Origin: a phage
Length of the DNA: 64,000 nucleotides
Assembly: GCA_018509705.1 (NCBI GenBank)
Contig: GCA_018509705.1_3630.1
Strand: one strand, 5' to 3'
The first letter of the stretch is position 1. Every line of letters starts with the position of its first letter. The position numbers were made by a program, and so were the translations under genes. Positions 1-10,408 of the stretch are shown one piece after another. A model generated the notes under the pieces. The model was not told where the DNA came from and ran no database searches. It saw nothing but the letters and a program-made list of their open reading frames with translations.

Positions 1-1194
1 GCGGTAGGTGTTTGCCTTGGAGTAATAAATTCTTTCAGTTTGACCGTCAGATGTAGTGACATCGTAGAAAATATTACCATAAGTCCTGTTCGTACAGGCT
101 ATAGTTTGGTAAAGTGCTTGGCAAATGTCTTCCGTTGCACCACCAAACACAACCACTTGGAACTTGTAAGGAGGTATACCTTTAGCATCAGTTTTATCAG
201 TGTTGTTGGAGAACACTCTCACTTTCTCAACACCTTTCACCTCGCTTACAGCGCTAAGGATTGCAGGACGGGTAGCCTTCGATGTTAACTGTTTTGTGCT
301 GGAAGCTCTTAAGCGATACTCTGAGTCTTTCTCAACATCCCTGCCCTCATTGAATCTTTCTCTGTTGGTAAGCTTGATAAATCCACTGGGAGTAGGTGAC
401 ATTGTTGTCACGGTTTCTGCCTCTCTTGACAGCTCACCAGCCTCGTTAGCGATAACATCTAGGGTGATAGTTCTTTCCCCTACAATCGGAGATACTCTGA
501 AATCTACCCTACTATTAAGTCCAACTTGATCAAGATTCGAATTGTACCCTATCCACAACGTTCCTGTCAACATATCGATCTGAATCAAATCGTCGTTCAA
601 CAGGGTTGTATTATCGACAATGAACTGCTTAATCTCTCCGTAAAAGCTTGGCAGATCAGAGGAGTCCAGAGACTTATCTGTTAAAACCAGACTTTTTGTT
701 TTGATACTTCCATCTGTCTGGTTGGTGATTTGAAAGTTGTATTTACCAATCCTTAGGTCTGGAGCATTTATTCTGTGGGCAATAAGATTCCCTGCCACCT
801 GCACATCATTGCTAAGAACAAAGTTGCCACTATCCAGCGTATAAGTTTTGGAATCATAAATCATATTGTACGGCACAGTTGTGTTGATTGTCAACTGGCA
901 GGTACCTGATGATTTAGAACGGCCTCTTCGGTAAATACCCTGTCTTCCAAGAAGCTCATCTAGGTAAATACCTTCTGCCCCATACAGCGTCTGTGATGCG
1001 TATACAGATGCTGCCATAAGAATAAGTTGATACTCTCGCTCGTTGAAGATAGTGGTCAGCTTATCTGCAACGGAGTTACTCTGTACGTTGAAGTTTTCGC
1101 CAAAAGCACGGATCAGGCTTTGCTTAGTTTCAACGATTAGGTCATTTAGGGTTGGTATAACGAAACCAGCCTCTGTCAATCCATACTTAGCCAC
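1..1194 (-). CDS. baseplate J-like protein, partial (gene continues beyond the left edge)
   Basis: My own translation of the reverse strand from about 1194 is open to position 1 (VAKYGLTEAGFVIPTLNDL...EKDSEYRLRASSTKQ...); GGAGGA precedes a GTG start; resembles P2 gpJ/T4 gp6 family proteins from memory; not in the ORF track because no stop lies in the window. Confidence 0.4.
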   Translation of the reverse strand, partial: MAKYGLTEAGFVIPTLNDLIVETKQSLIRAFGENFNVQSNSVADKLTTIFNEREYQLILMAASVYASQTLYGAEGIYLDELLGRQGIYRRGRSKSSGTCQLTINTTVPYNMIYDSKTYTLDSGNFVLSNDVQVAGNLIAHRINAPDLRIGKYNFQITNQTDGSIKTKSLVLTDKSLDSSDLPSFYGEIKQFIVDNTTLLNDDLIQIDMLTGTLWIGYNSNLDQVGLNSRVDFRVSPIVGERTITLDVIANEAGELSREAETVTTMSPTPSGFIKLTNRERFNEGRDVEKDSEYRLRASSTKQLTSKATRPAILSAVSEVKGVEKVRVFSNNTDKTDAKGIPPYKFQVVVFGGATEDICQALYQTIACTNRTYGNIFYDVTTSDGQTERIYYSKANTYR

Positions 1195-1261
1195 GTCACT
1201 CCTCCGGTATGAAAATCTCTACAAGGTATTTTACCAAATTTTGTAACAATAGTCAATCTGA

Positions 1262-1292
1262 GCATAAAAATAAACCCCGCCGAAGCGGGGCT
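1262..1292 (-). terminator. hairpin plus T-run terminator after the 1199-aa fibre gene
   Basis: ccccgcttcggcgggg hairpin followed by TTTATTTTTAT on the minus strand. Confidence 0.55.
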
Positions 1293-1299
1293 TTAAAGG

Positions 1300-4200
1300 T
1301 TAGTCGTGAGACTCGTTCCAAGGTCCCTGGAAGCTTGAGTTAGAACGACTAACGATCACAGTGGGACAGGAGATTGTGACACCTGTCACGCTAGACGTTG
1401 ACCACGGTGTGTAAATCTCGATAACAATGTCTATAGTTTGTTCACCCAGACCTGTTATCCCTACCGCACACATGCCGTTGTTGTCGTTAAAATACTTCTT
1501 GCCAGCAAGGATCTGATGACCAGCTATCCATGCATTCAATTGGGAGCTGGCAAGAGTACCATTCAGTTTAAAGAAGAATGTTACGTTCTTACCCTGACCT
1601 GAAACGTTATCTACGTATCTCCACCTCCAACGGCAAACCCTTTGCTGGGAGTTATATACTGGAGCACAATCCCCGTAAGTCCTGTGTGCAACAATTGCAC
1701 CTTCGAACTGGTTAGCGCGGATAACAGAAGCTTCTACACGACCACGGAAGGTACCTCCGGTTGCATCTATGGTGCCTCTAAAGCTACCATTATTGGCATA
1801 AACATCACCACGGAAGGTACCACTAGTGGCGTTAACTGCCCCTGTGAAGTTACCAGAACTGGCGTTGATGTTGCCTTTCACCCACACATCCATAAATTGG
1901 GCGTGCCCGTTCTTGTTAATATACCAACCGTATTGATGGTACCCGTTGCCATCGTAGTTGTTTGACGAAATTTCTTGTGCGATCTTGGCAGAGGAGATCG
2001 TGCCATTCTCTATAAAAGCGTCTTTCAAGAACGCTTGGTTATTCTTGATTGCGAAAGCAAGGGTTGCTGTGCCGTTGCCAGGATTGTACACCGCAAAGTT
2101 GTTTGCACTAACCATAAAGTATGATTGAACTTGTCCTCCAGACCCCTCCATGCCCAGCTGGATACCTGCCACATATTTATTACCATGGCTGTCAACCTGA
2201 ATCTTAGCTCCCCACTGAGCATCTATTTTACCCTCAAGTGTTGTTACAGCTTTAGAGGTATTAGATACTGTAGCCCTAAGCTCATCAATATTACCCATTT
2301 CGTCAACAATTTCTTGTTTTGCAGAGGTAAGTTCTTGACGGATCGCTGTGGCTGTATTATTAACAAGATCAACTGTTGTACTATTAGTTTCTTGAATAGA
2401 TGCTTGCAGATTGGCAACCTCTTTCTGCACATCATCTTCCAGCTCGGTGATCTTCCCTGTAGCTGCCACCAGATCCTGCTTAATAGCTTCCGTTGTCTTA
2501 TTTAGCAGGTCGGTTGTTGCCTTGTTGGTTTCTTGAATAGAGGAGTTAAGTTTGCTCTCAGTGTTCTTCAACTCTTCCCGCAGAGTACCTTGAGTTGCAG
2601 TTATTTGCTCACTCAATGCTTGAGTTTTACGATTAACAAGATCAACGGTTGATCTATTTGTTGTCTCGATTAGTGACCCAAGCCTACCAGACTCTGCTGC
2701 AAGTTTATCGTCAAAGGATTGCTGAGCTGCTACCAGCTTACTGTTAAGGGCAGAAATTTCTCCATTAACCCCTGTAAATTTTTCTGTCGTCTCTCTGACA
2801 ACACCCTCTATTGTATCTCCAAGCTCTTCAAAAATGCTAGTAACACGGTCATTGACTGCACCAACATTTTTATCCATTTCCTTGACTGCATTATCGAGAT
2901 TGGCGGTAAGCTCTTTATAAGTCTCTGTCTTTTTGAACTCAGCATCAATCTGAGGCATCAAATCTTCAATAGAGGTATAGCAGCGTGCAGCGCATTCTAC
3001 AAACTGAGAACTACCAAAAGCGTTTGTGGTTCGAATATACCAATAATAAACCTTATCGTTCTGCAGACCTTCAGATGTCCAAGTTGAACCAACACCCATA
3101 CGGGTGGCTTTTGAAGTAACGGTTGCATCACTAGTGTCTGGCAACCTTGTCATACCAGATGTCCAAAAGTCATACTGGGTGCTTACACTTGCTAAATCCC
3201 TACTGTGTGGGATCAAGGTGATAGCGAAGTATCCCTGCTTAACCTCTACAGAAACCGGAGCTTCAGGTGCCTGAATGTTAAACTCGCAGTACGCTTCTGG
3301 AGATACACCACCTTTATAAGATGTTGCAACCACGGTTGCTGTGTATGACCCTTTGGTCAAGCCTTCTACTCGGACAAACTGCTCAACTGTCTGTGCTGTC
3401 CAAACAATCTCTCCGTTCTTTCTTACCTGTACAATATTTTGAGCGTAAGTCCCAACGTTGTCCCAAGCCAAAACACCGTGAGTCACTTCTCCAGCTTGGA
3501 GAACGGAATATCTGAAGTTTTGTGGTTGAGCTACACCAGATGGAGATATCGGAATATCTACATCGCCAGAATCCGGAAGTTGCCCTGTGGCATCATTCCA
3601 CTCTTTAGCATCTTGACGAAGTTTTACCTTGACACCCCCCTTTTTGGTAAACTCCCATTCAAGAACTCTCATTTCTTGGCCCACTATACCAATACTTGGG
3701 AGGTCCATTGTAACGTAACGACCAGGTTTAAATTTGAAACCTCGCATATTGCAGGTGACTTCAATAATCCTGCCAGCTCTGGCACGTCTTAGGAAGATTG
3801 CAGAAACACGCTGAGCTTGATAAGGACTGGTAACAAAGCGATAATCTATATCGATTATCTTTCTTTCTCCATCCTTCTCTATCCACTCTGGGACAAACAC
3901 TGATGGAAAATCTGTTTCAGAATACCCTTTGGTCGGACTAGTGAATCTGCCAGTTATTGTGTTGGATCTTTTGTCAAATGAGGCTTCCGGATAGATCTTG
4001 ACCTCACCACAGACACAATCCTCACTCAGTGTCATTGTTGCCGGGCCATAGTATGCACCAACCAACAAACCATACTTACCAGCTACATAACTAAGATCTG
4101 CACCGCAAGCTTTCAGCATTTCTGCCATAATACTTGCTGGGGCCTCATCCATGTCAAACTCACCGTTAATGGTGTAACGGCGCTCACTGGTTCCGTCTGC

Positions 4201-4899
4201 GTTTTTTACCGCCTCGTCGCATATGTTGGCAGCCTCCTTGAAGGACTCCCAGTTGATGGTTTCGTCAGGACATTTAAGGTACGTTCTTAAATAGTCTAGG
4301 ATCACCAAGGCAGCGTTATTGGTATACACCTCTTTACTGATACGAGGATCATAGCATTTTTTACCAACCTTGACGAGTGTAACGTTTGGCAACCCAAAAG
4401 GAAACTTGTTAGGGTCAAACCTGAAGCTGGCACGTAGCCAACTGATCCCTCTACCTATCATGTCAGGTGACCATGATGGGCAGTGTGTGCCCATGAAAGG
4501 ATCAGATGTTTTTCTGTCGTTATGTAGCTCCCACGATACCAAATCCCCATACGAGGAAATAGGATTACCGTCGATAAGTATATCTTCTACACCTTCCAGA
4601 GGGTGATTGGCAAGAACAATAGCACAGTGGAGAGTTCTGTCTCTATCCTGCTCCAAAAACGCAAGCAATCCGGATGTGCGTGTCTTCCCATACACTACAG
4701 AGCAAGGTGCAGCAGAAGATCTGAGAAGCTTTTGTCTATCTTGCTGACTTCTGTAAGATTTGTTGCCCTCAAAAATCTTATCCAGAGTTCTGGTGGTAAC
4801 AGTGTTCAGGCTGTCAGCCAGAGCTGCCTTGGATGCGTTCCAGTCATAACTTGAAGATCTTGCAGAAGCAACGATGTTATCAATCATTGCAATTGGCAT
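1300..4899 (-). CDS. large tail fibre / host-specificity protein (1199 aa) with central heptad repeats and C-terminal G-T-F-R-G repeats
   Basis: ORF track; three roughly 35-aa repeats (SIQETN..TTDLLNKTTEAIKQDL) and SGNFTG/SGTFRG/GSFRG/GTFRG repeats; terminator hairpin just downstream. Confidence 0.6.
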   Translation of the reverse strand: MPIAMIDNIVASARSSSYDWNASKAALADSLNTVTTRTLDKIFEGNKSYRSQQDRQKLLRSSAAPCSVVYGKTRTSGLLAFLEQDRDRTLHCAIVLANHPLEGVEDILIDGNPISSYGDLVSWELHNDRKTSDPFMGTHCPSWSPDMIGRGISWLRASFRFDPNKFPFGLPNVTLVKVGKKCYDPRISKEVYTNNAALVILDYLRTYLKCPDETINWESFKEAANICDEAVKNADGTSERRYTINGEFDMDEAPASIMAEMLKACGADLSYVAGKYGLLVGAYYGPATMTLSEDCVCGEVKIYPEASFDKRSNTITGRFTSPTKGYSETDFPSVFVPEWIEKDGERKIIDIDYRFVTSPYQAQRVSAIFLRRARAGRIIEVTCNMRGFKFKPGRYVTMDLPSIGIVGQEMRVLEWEFTKKGGVKVKLRQDAKEWNDATGQLPDSGDVDIPISPSGVAQPQNFRYSVLQAGEVTHGVLAWDNVGTYAQNIVQVRKNGEIVWTAQTVEQFVRVEGLTKGSYTATVVATSYKGGVSPEAYCEFNIQAPEAPVSVEVKQGYFAITLIPHSRDLASVSTQYDFWTSGMTRLPDTSDATVTSKATRMGVGSTWTSEGLQNDKVYYWYIRTTNAFGSSQFVECAARCYTSIEDLMPQIDAEFKKTETYKELTANLDNAVKEMDKNVGAVNDRVTSIFEELGDTIEGVVRETTEKFTGVNGEISALNSKLVAAQQSFDDKLAAESGRLGSLIETTNRSTVDLVNRKTQALSEQITATQGTLREELKNTESKLNSSIQETNKATTDLLNKTTEAIKQDLVAATGKITELEDDVQKEVANLQASIQETNSTTVDLVNNTATAIRQELTSAKQEIVDEMGNIDELRATVSNTSKAVTTLEGKIDAQWGAKIQVDSHGNKYVAGIQLGMEGSGGQVQSYFMVSANNFAVYNPGNGTATLAFAIKNNQAFLKDAFIENGTISSAKIAQEISSNNYDGNGYHQYGWYINKNGHAQFMDVWVKGNINASSGNFTGAVNATSGTFRGDVYANNGSFRGTIDATGGTFRGRVEASVIRANQFEGAIVAHRTYGDCAPVYNSQQRVCRWRWRYVDNVSGQGKNVTFFFKLNGTLASSQLNAWIAGHQILAGKKYFNDNNGMCAVGITGLGEQTIDIVIEIYTPWSTSSVTGVTISCPTVIVSRSNSSFQGPWNESHD

Positions 4900-5336
4900 T
4901 AATACCTCCAGACATCAACAACGATAGAATCTTTCATGTCGAACATAAAGACCCCTTTATCACCTTTCGCCCAAATCTGGTTGTTCCAGAACACACCAGC
5001 GGTGAGCCCGTTCAGACCTTCGAAAATGACAATATCTCCACGCTGAACCTGTTTAGGAGTATCCAGCCGAGTCAGAAAGAGATCAAAAATAGTAGGCAGG
5101 TGTGCGGTTTTGAAACGAAGCATGCACCATCTTTTGCTTTCCAACTCTGTTTTATACGTTCCTTCGAAATTAGAAAGAAAATCTGTTCCGTATTGGGCAT
5201 CAACACACTTAGCTGCAAAGGTGCAACAATCGTGGAATCCCCATTCAAAAGGTATGGTGGCCTCTTCGTCAAATACTTTCCACAATCTTTCTTGCCAGTC
5301 CACTAGACGAGGATGTGTGCTCATTAAACCTCCCAA
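4899..5336 (-). CDS. hypothetical tail-tip protein with WGFHDCC motif (possible NlpC/P60-like cysteine peptidase)
   Basis: ORF track; position immediately upstream of the giant fibre gene; motif similarity only. Confidence 0.3.
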   Translation of the reverse strand: MGGLMSTHPRLVDWQERLWKVFDEEATIPFEWGFHDCCTFAAKCVDAQYGTDFLSNFEGTYKTELESKRWCMLRFKTAHLPTIFDLFLTRLDTPKQVQRGDIVIFEGLNGLTAGVFWNNQIWAKGDKGVFMFDMKDSIVVDVWRY

Positions 5337-5890
5337 ATGATCGGGCGGCTCGCCACCTGATCCACATATTTAAAAAATCTGTCATTATCGTTTCTTGAGC
5401 TGTGGCTTTCCTCCGTGTACCGATAAGGAAAACCTCTTAACCAACTGTTGAAGATGGAAGAGATGGATATGGACAAAGCACTATTCTCCCCTGTCTGAAT
5501 AGCCATATCTGTTATAAGGCCGTCAAACAAGCCATTAGTTGTGACAGGCAGACCATTCTCCATAGCGGTAATGTACAACGTGGCACGACAACCGGAATAC
5601 TCCGTCTTCAGAAGATCACCCACATACTTAGGATCAAACCCGTTCAATGTCGCTACCACAGATCCGAAGTTGGTGGCATCTTTCTCAGACACAGCAGTTA
5701 ACGTTGCTGATCCACCTATCCCTATAAAATGTTGCCCCTCAATTACTACAACACCAGTGCCTGAGCACACCCTGACAGTTCCTGTCGGTAGCTCCAGCTT
5801 TGCAGCAATTAAGATCTCAACACCATCAAGCTCCAGCTTTTCAAGAAATAAATTATCTAATGGCGCTCTGATCATCTTAGAAATCCTCAA
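5324..5890 (-). CDS. hypothetical virion (tail) protein
   Basis: ORF track; operon context between fibre genes. Confidence 0.3.
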   Translation of the reverse strand: MRISKMIRAPLDNLFLEKLELDGVEILIAAKLELPTGTVRVCSGTGVVVIEGQHFIGIGGSATLTAVSEKDATNFGSVVATLNGFDPKYVGDLLKTEYSGCRATLYITAMENGLPVTTNGLFDGLITDMAIQTGENSALSISISSIFNSWLRGFPYRYTEESHSSRNDNDRFFKYVDQVASRPIIWEV

Positions 5891-6467
5891 AGAAGTTGAT
5901 AACTATATTATCACCTTTTTGCATAGCATCGACTTTTTGCTTAATTTTATAAATATCTCTGATATGAAACCTACCCTTCGGGGATTGAGTTATTATCTTC
6001 ATAGTGTCCCCTGCGGCAATAGGTTTTCTAAGTCTTGGAGATATGCTTATAACAGCAGACCCAACACCATCGCTACGCACTGGAGCTGTTACCACTTTCA
6101 ATTCATCATTGACAGATATTTTATCCCCAGCTCTGGCTATGTCTCTGTTTGGCTCCCACCCAACCGTCTTCAAAAAATCGTCGTTACCAGTAGGCCCAAG
6201 GGCGATTGGCTCATTAGCTGTAACTGAGTGACCGTAAGTTTTAATAAGAAAGATGTTTCCATCTTTATACACCTGATCAACAAAGCTCTTAAGCTCTAGC
6301 AACTGTGACTCGCTGATATTGGAAACCGTCAAAGTGCCTTTCCAGTTAGGTGTGGCATAGGTTACTTTTTGCGTTTTACCTGTAAACGGACTTTTAAACG
6401 TAACAATATCTGCCAGCAGCTCCAATCTAATATCTGGAAGGTATCTAGGCCTTTCCCATAAAAACAT
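5877..6467 (-). CDS. hypothetical virion (tail) protein
   Basis: ORF track; operon context. Confidence 0.3.
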   Translation of the reverse strand: MFLWERPRYLPDIRLELLADIVTFKSPFTGKTQKVTYATPNWKGTLTVSNISESQLLELKSFVDQVYKDGNIFLIKTYGHSVTANEPIALGPTGNDDFLKTVGWEPNRDIARAGDKISVNDELKVVTAPVRSDGVGSAVISISPRLRKPIAAGDTMKIITQSPKGRFHIRDIYKIKQKVDAMQKGDNIVINFFEDF

Positions 6468-6529
6468 TGTGCCTCCAGGTTAAACAATCATGATAGTTAT
6501 TTTACCAGATTTTGAGTTAATACGCAATA

Positions 6530-6562
6530 CAAACAAAAAGCCCCCGCCGAAGCGAGGGCAAA
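6530..6562 (-). terminator. hairpin plus T-run terminator after the 1268-aa fibre gene
   Basis: Near-identical motif ccctcgcttcggcggggg followed by CTTTTTGTTTG on the minus strand. Confidence 0.45.
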
Positions 6563-6566
6563 ACAG

Positions 6567-9500
6567 TTACTTCAGTTTCTCTTGCAACCCAGTAACAACC
6601 TCTGTCAATTTTTTAACCTGCTCCTCAAGGGCGGTTATTTTATCGTCCTGTTCTCTGCAAACCTGGACAAGCAAGCCTGTTACGGCTGCGTAATCCACGC
6701 TGTAGAATCTTTCCTCTGTTATCAAAGGAGTTCCATCTTGATCAGGGTTTGGGATTTCCTTTCTTTGCACGAAAGAGCTAACTGCTTCCGGCAGTGCTTC
6801 AAGCACTTCTTGTGCTATAACACCTGCATAAGGCATACCGTTCTCTTTAAGAGTGTAAGTATAACCCTTCATCTTCCGGATAGCTTCTAACGCATCAGGA
6901 ATAACAGATATGTTGTCTTTCAGGTCTCTGTCAGAACTCTGATTGACAGATGTGCAATTCACAGCACCGTTTACAGAAAGATATCTTGATTTATCCGGCA
7001 AGGTACCGCAATGCCATACCCAATTTGCTTGAGACTCGTCAAGAACCTTAAACTCTAACACGTTTGGGCGATCCCCTGTGCTGCCGTTGCCCCAATAATG
7101 GAGTACAGCATCATCTTTAGGCAAGTTATCGGCGTTGGAGGAAAGACCATTAGCACCGACATGAATTTCCAGCTGAGTGCTGTTTTCGCCGAAAGTGTAA
7201 TTAGGTCTTAACTGAATGCCCTTACCAGCATCGTGTCTCCATTCTTCCCAAGTAAAGACATCGCCAACGTAGTTACCAGCACGAGTATATCTGTCGCCAA
7301 AATAGGTGATGTATTCCTGCACACAACCTTGCGGTCTGTTAGCTGTGTTTTTGTAAACAAGCAGTGTACCAGCGTACGGAGCAGGGTAGTGGCGATCTAT
7401 TACAAGTGCGTCAGCGTTTGAACCCTGGTGATAGAAACCTTCACGGCTACCATCGTAGTCATTAAGGTCTTCTGTCCCCAGACCTTGACCACGGTGCTGA
7501 ATAACTTTGTTCCACGCTCTGTGGTTTCCTTGCTCTATGGAACGAGTGTACAGCTGGTCTAAACGACCTGCCATCTGGAAAGCGTAGTTTCCAGAAAATG
7601 CCACAGACAACCCACCAACAACCATTGAACCTTCAGGTCCGTTGACGTTGCCAGCCAGTATTTTTGACGGATTATTATTCCCGAACTGATTGTTCCAATC
7701 TGCACCAGTATGACATACAAAACCGCCAGGGGCTGAGAAAGTACCGTCCTTGTTGAAGTTGTAGAATCTATGAGCTGTGCCTACAACATCGCGAACAATA
7801 ACTTGACCCGCTTCCGGAGTAGATCTGAACTCTGCCTGACCTTTGAGACCAGCACCATTACCGCATTTAGAGGTAAACGTACCGTTAGTCAGATCCTCTG
7901 TCCCATCGGATGCACACTGGAATCCTGCATTAGAGAATAACGCCTTTCTAGGACTGCCGTAGCACAAATAGTCAAGACCGTCTGCCCATAGCTCGACTTT
8001 TGGCATATTCATTTTGCTCATCACAGCATAGCGTTCAGCAGTGCCTATATAGTGCCACTGTGTGCCGCCCCCAGTGTAGAACCCTGAAGTACCTTTGAAG
8101 TCAACAATAGGTCTGGTATTGGTGTTGTTATCTCCAAGAATAGCAAGATTCAAATCTGCTGACTGAAGAGGTGCAACGAACTTAACCCCATCCTGATTGT
8201 CTGTTACAGCCCCAACCTGGTAATCTTGCTCTCTGGTAAACACTTCGACAACATTTCTACTTGCGTATATGCTGACAGGGAAAGCACGAGCCTCTACATA
8301 GAAAGCAACATACTCTTGTTTACCCCTTGTTGGAGCAACCATCCCAAGAAGTGCTTTTTCATTCTGGTAGAAATTTACTACCCCGTAGAAAGAGTCTCCC
8401 CTGTCAGTCCAGCCACCAGTTCTATAGTGACACTGCAGGGTGGCACAGTTCATAGGGTCATTTCCAGATGAAGACCTGGTGACTATAGTAATATCAGTGC
8501 CAGTTGCTGGAGCATAATATGGATCTGTTCTAACGATGATTGGGTAGTATTTACCATCCTCCATCCCTGCGGTTCTTGGCAGTGTTAAGAAATCTTTTAC
8601 ACCTGCGGCTATAGGAACTTTGAACAGATTCTGAGCATCTGCTAAAGTTGTAGCTCCAGTGCCACCTGCGGCGTGAGATAAAGGTTCCCACTTGGCCTTC
8701 CGGTTGTTATAAACACCCCATTCCAGAGTGCCGTTACCGGATTCGTCCATCCCGCCATCCCAGATAACCATCTTGGCGGCTTTCTTGGACCCCCAAAAGC
8801 CTCTTTCTGCTCCTGAACTACGGATCCACTCTCCAAGTCCCCAGTTTGTCAGCTGACCAGTAAGATCCCCAACCTGCATGTATTTAGGACAGTCTAATAC
8901 ACCGTCTTCGCGGAAACCTAAATATCTATGAGTTTCAGATCCTTTTGCACCTTTGTGCAGGTGGATTGTCAACCAAGTCTTATTGTCGTTTCTTACCTCA
9001 GAGTAGATCCTATACCCATGCTCAAGGACACCGTCAGCGCCGTATTTATCCCCATGGAGAATACCTGATGGCGACTTAACCTCAGAAGTGCTTTGAGACA
9101 GGTAAAGGTGCCCGAAGGTAGGGGTATTTCTAGACCCGAGACCGATGTGCGATCTAAAGGTATCATCGTTACGAGGTCTGACCATCGGCTGCCATGCAGT
9201 CCACTGGTTTGTGTTGGCCTGATAGGTTCTCAAATACCAAACATCTACGTTAGAGAATGGGTAGTATTCCTGACGACAACCTGTACCGCCGTTAGCATTG
9301 TTCTGCCAAACAATCAAGTGACCAGCACCAGAACCTGCAGGGTAACCATTTGCCTCAGTTGCATAAGCAGTCATCGGCTGGTAGTATACACCATCCTGAT
9401 TACCAGTCAAGTTATTGATATTGAAATTTGGCTCAAGGGCTGCACGTTGCTTATAGAAAGCCCCGATATTGATACGGACTCCAGCGGCATCTCTGGCCCC

Positions 9501-10373
9501 CGTACCGCCTTGCTCTATAGCAAGAGGTTGCCACGAGACTGTTTGTTGGTTCCACATGCCCCAACGGCCTGTTGCGTCAAGCTGCAAGTACCCTGCCGTG
9601 TTTAAATCATCTCCAGCACGGATAACTGTTCTTGTTGGGTTGTTTGCCTCCAGGCGTTTAAATTCATCACGAAGTGCTATTCTTTTTGTTGTTGCTACAC
9701 CGTTGGTTACTGCGATGGTATACATGGCTCCGGATGTAGCGCCACGGAAAATACCATCAACAGTTGTAGTATCACGACGAGATACCACACCGTTCAGAAA
9801 TTTTTCACCAGCTGCTACAGAAGGGTAGTTGGTGGTTCTTCCCTCTTCAATAACTGCAGGACCCACAAAGTTATCAAGGTGAATAACATCACCTACAGTG
9901 TGCACCGTACCAAAATCTACACGCTGTGCAAGTGCTTTAGCATCGTTAGCTGTCTGAACAGTAACATCCATTACATCCTGGACAGACTGCCCTTCGGCTG
10001 TCATGATCATAGATGCGCCAATGGTAGATTCCAGCTCCTCCCTTAGGGACGGGTCAGTATATACCATCCATGCAGCGTCAGTAATCCCACCATCTGAGTA
10101 CGGTGAAGATAGTGCAGGAACAGTGTGTGGAAATTCGCCTTTCCAACGCAGGTAGAGATCTTCCTCTTCAAAATAGGCAAAATCCATTGGGCCGTTTAAC
10201 TTACCACCTTCCTTAAAGGAGATTACATGAGAAACAGTCCCATCCACATGGACAACATCGCCAATTTTTACACGACGGGTCAGGTCTGGTTGTTGAACAA
10301 CCAGGTAATCATCCTCTGTCACTGCGGTAGTGGCAGGAAGAGATTCAATTCTGACAACTTTAATATCAGCCAT
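6567..10373 (-). CDS. tail fibre/tailspike protein (1268 aa) with C-terminal intramolecular chaperone (peptidase S74-like) domain
   Basis: C-terminus SDRDLKDNISVIPDALEAIRKMKGYTYTLKENG...ITALEEQVKKL is typical of autoproteolytic fibre chaperone domains; N-terminus shares a domain with the 13008-13676 protein. Confidence 0.65.
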   Translation of the reverse strand: MADIKVVRIESLPATTAVTEDDYLVVQQPDLTRRVKIGDVVHVDGTVSHVISFKEGGKLNGPMDFAYFEEEDLYLRWKGEFPHTVPALSSPYSDGGITDAAWMVYTDPSLREELESTIGASMIMTAEGQSVQDVMDVTVQTANDAKALAQRVDFGTVHTVGDVIHLDNFVGPAVIEEGRTTNYPSVAAGEKFLNGVVSRRDTTTVDGIFRGATSGAMYTIAVTNGVATTKRIALRDEFKRLEANNPTRTVIRAGDDLNTAGYLQLDATGRWGMWNQQTVSWQPLAIEQGGTGARDAAGVRINIGAFYKQRAALEPNFNINNLTGNQDGVYYQPMTAYATEANGYPAGSGAGHLIVWQNNANGGTGCRQEYYPFSNVDVWYLRTYQANTNQWTAWQPMVRPRNDDTFRSHIGLGSRNTPTFGHLYLSQSTSEVKSPSGILHGDKYGADGVLEHGYRIYSEVRNDNKTWLTIHLHKGAKGSETHRYLGFREDGVLDCPKYMQVGDLTGQLTNWGLGEWIRSSGAERGFWGSKKAAKMVIWDGGMDESGNGTLEWGVYNNRKAKWEPLSHAAGGTGATTLADAQNLFKVPIAAGVKDFLTLPRTAGMEDGKYYPIIVRTDPYYAPATGTDITIVTRSSSGNDPMNCATLQCHYRTGGWTDRGDSFYGVVNFYQNEKALLGMVAPTRGKQEYVAFYVEARAFPVSIYASRNVVEVFTREQDYQVGAVTDNQDGVKFVAPLQSADLNLAILGDNNTNTRPIVDFKGTSGFYTGGGTQWHYIGTAERYAVMSKMNMPKVELWADGLDYLCYGSPRKALFSNAGFQCASDGTEDLTNGTFTSKCGNGAGLKGQAEFRSTPEAGQVIVRDVVGTAHRFYNFNKDGTFSAPGGFVCHTGADWNNQFGNNNPSKILAGNVNGPEGSMVVGGLSVAFSGNYAFQMAGRLDQLYTRSIEQGNHRAWNKVIQHRGQGLGTEDLNDYDGSREGFYHQGSNADALVIDRHYPAPYAGTLLVYKNTANRPQGCVQEYITYFGDRYTRAGNYVGDVFTWEEWRHDAGKGIQLRPNYTFGENSTQLEIHVGANGLSSNADNLPKDDAVLHYWGNGSTGDRPNVLEFKVLDESQANWVWHCGTLPDKSRYLSVNGAVNCTSVNQSSDRDLKDNISVIPDALEAIRKMKGYTYTLKENGMPYAGVIAQEVLEALPEAVSSFVQRKEIPNPDQDGTPLITEERFYSVDYAAVTGLLVQVCREQDDKITALEEQVKKLTEVVTGLQEKLK

Positions 10374-10408
10374 TCTTTCTCCTGAAAGGGGGCAAACAGC
10401 CCCCTATG

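Noticed and set aside
1642-1965. Short plus-strand ORFs inside the minus-strand structural genes (for example 1642-1965, 2125-2505, 9093-9605, 11843-12295, 21794-22618)
   Set aside because: All are antisense to long, motif-bearing genes and lack RBS or context.
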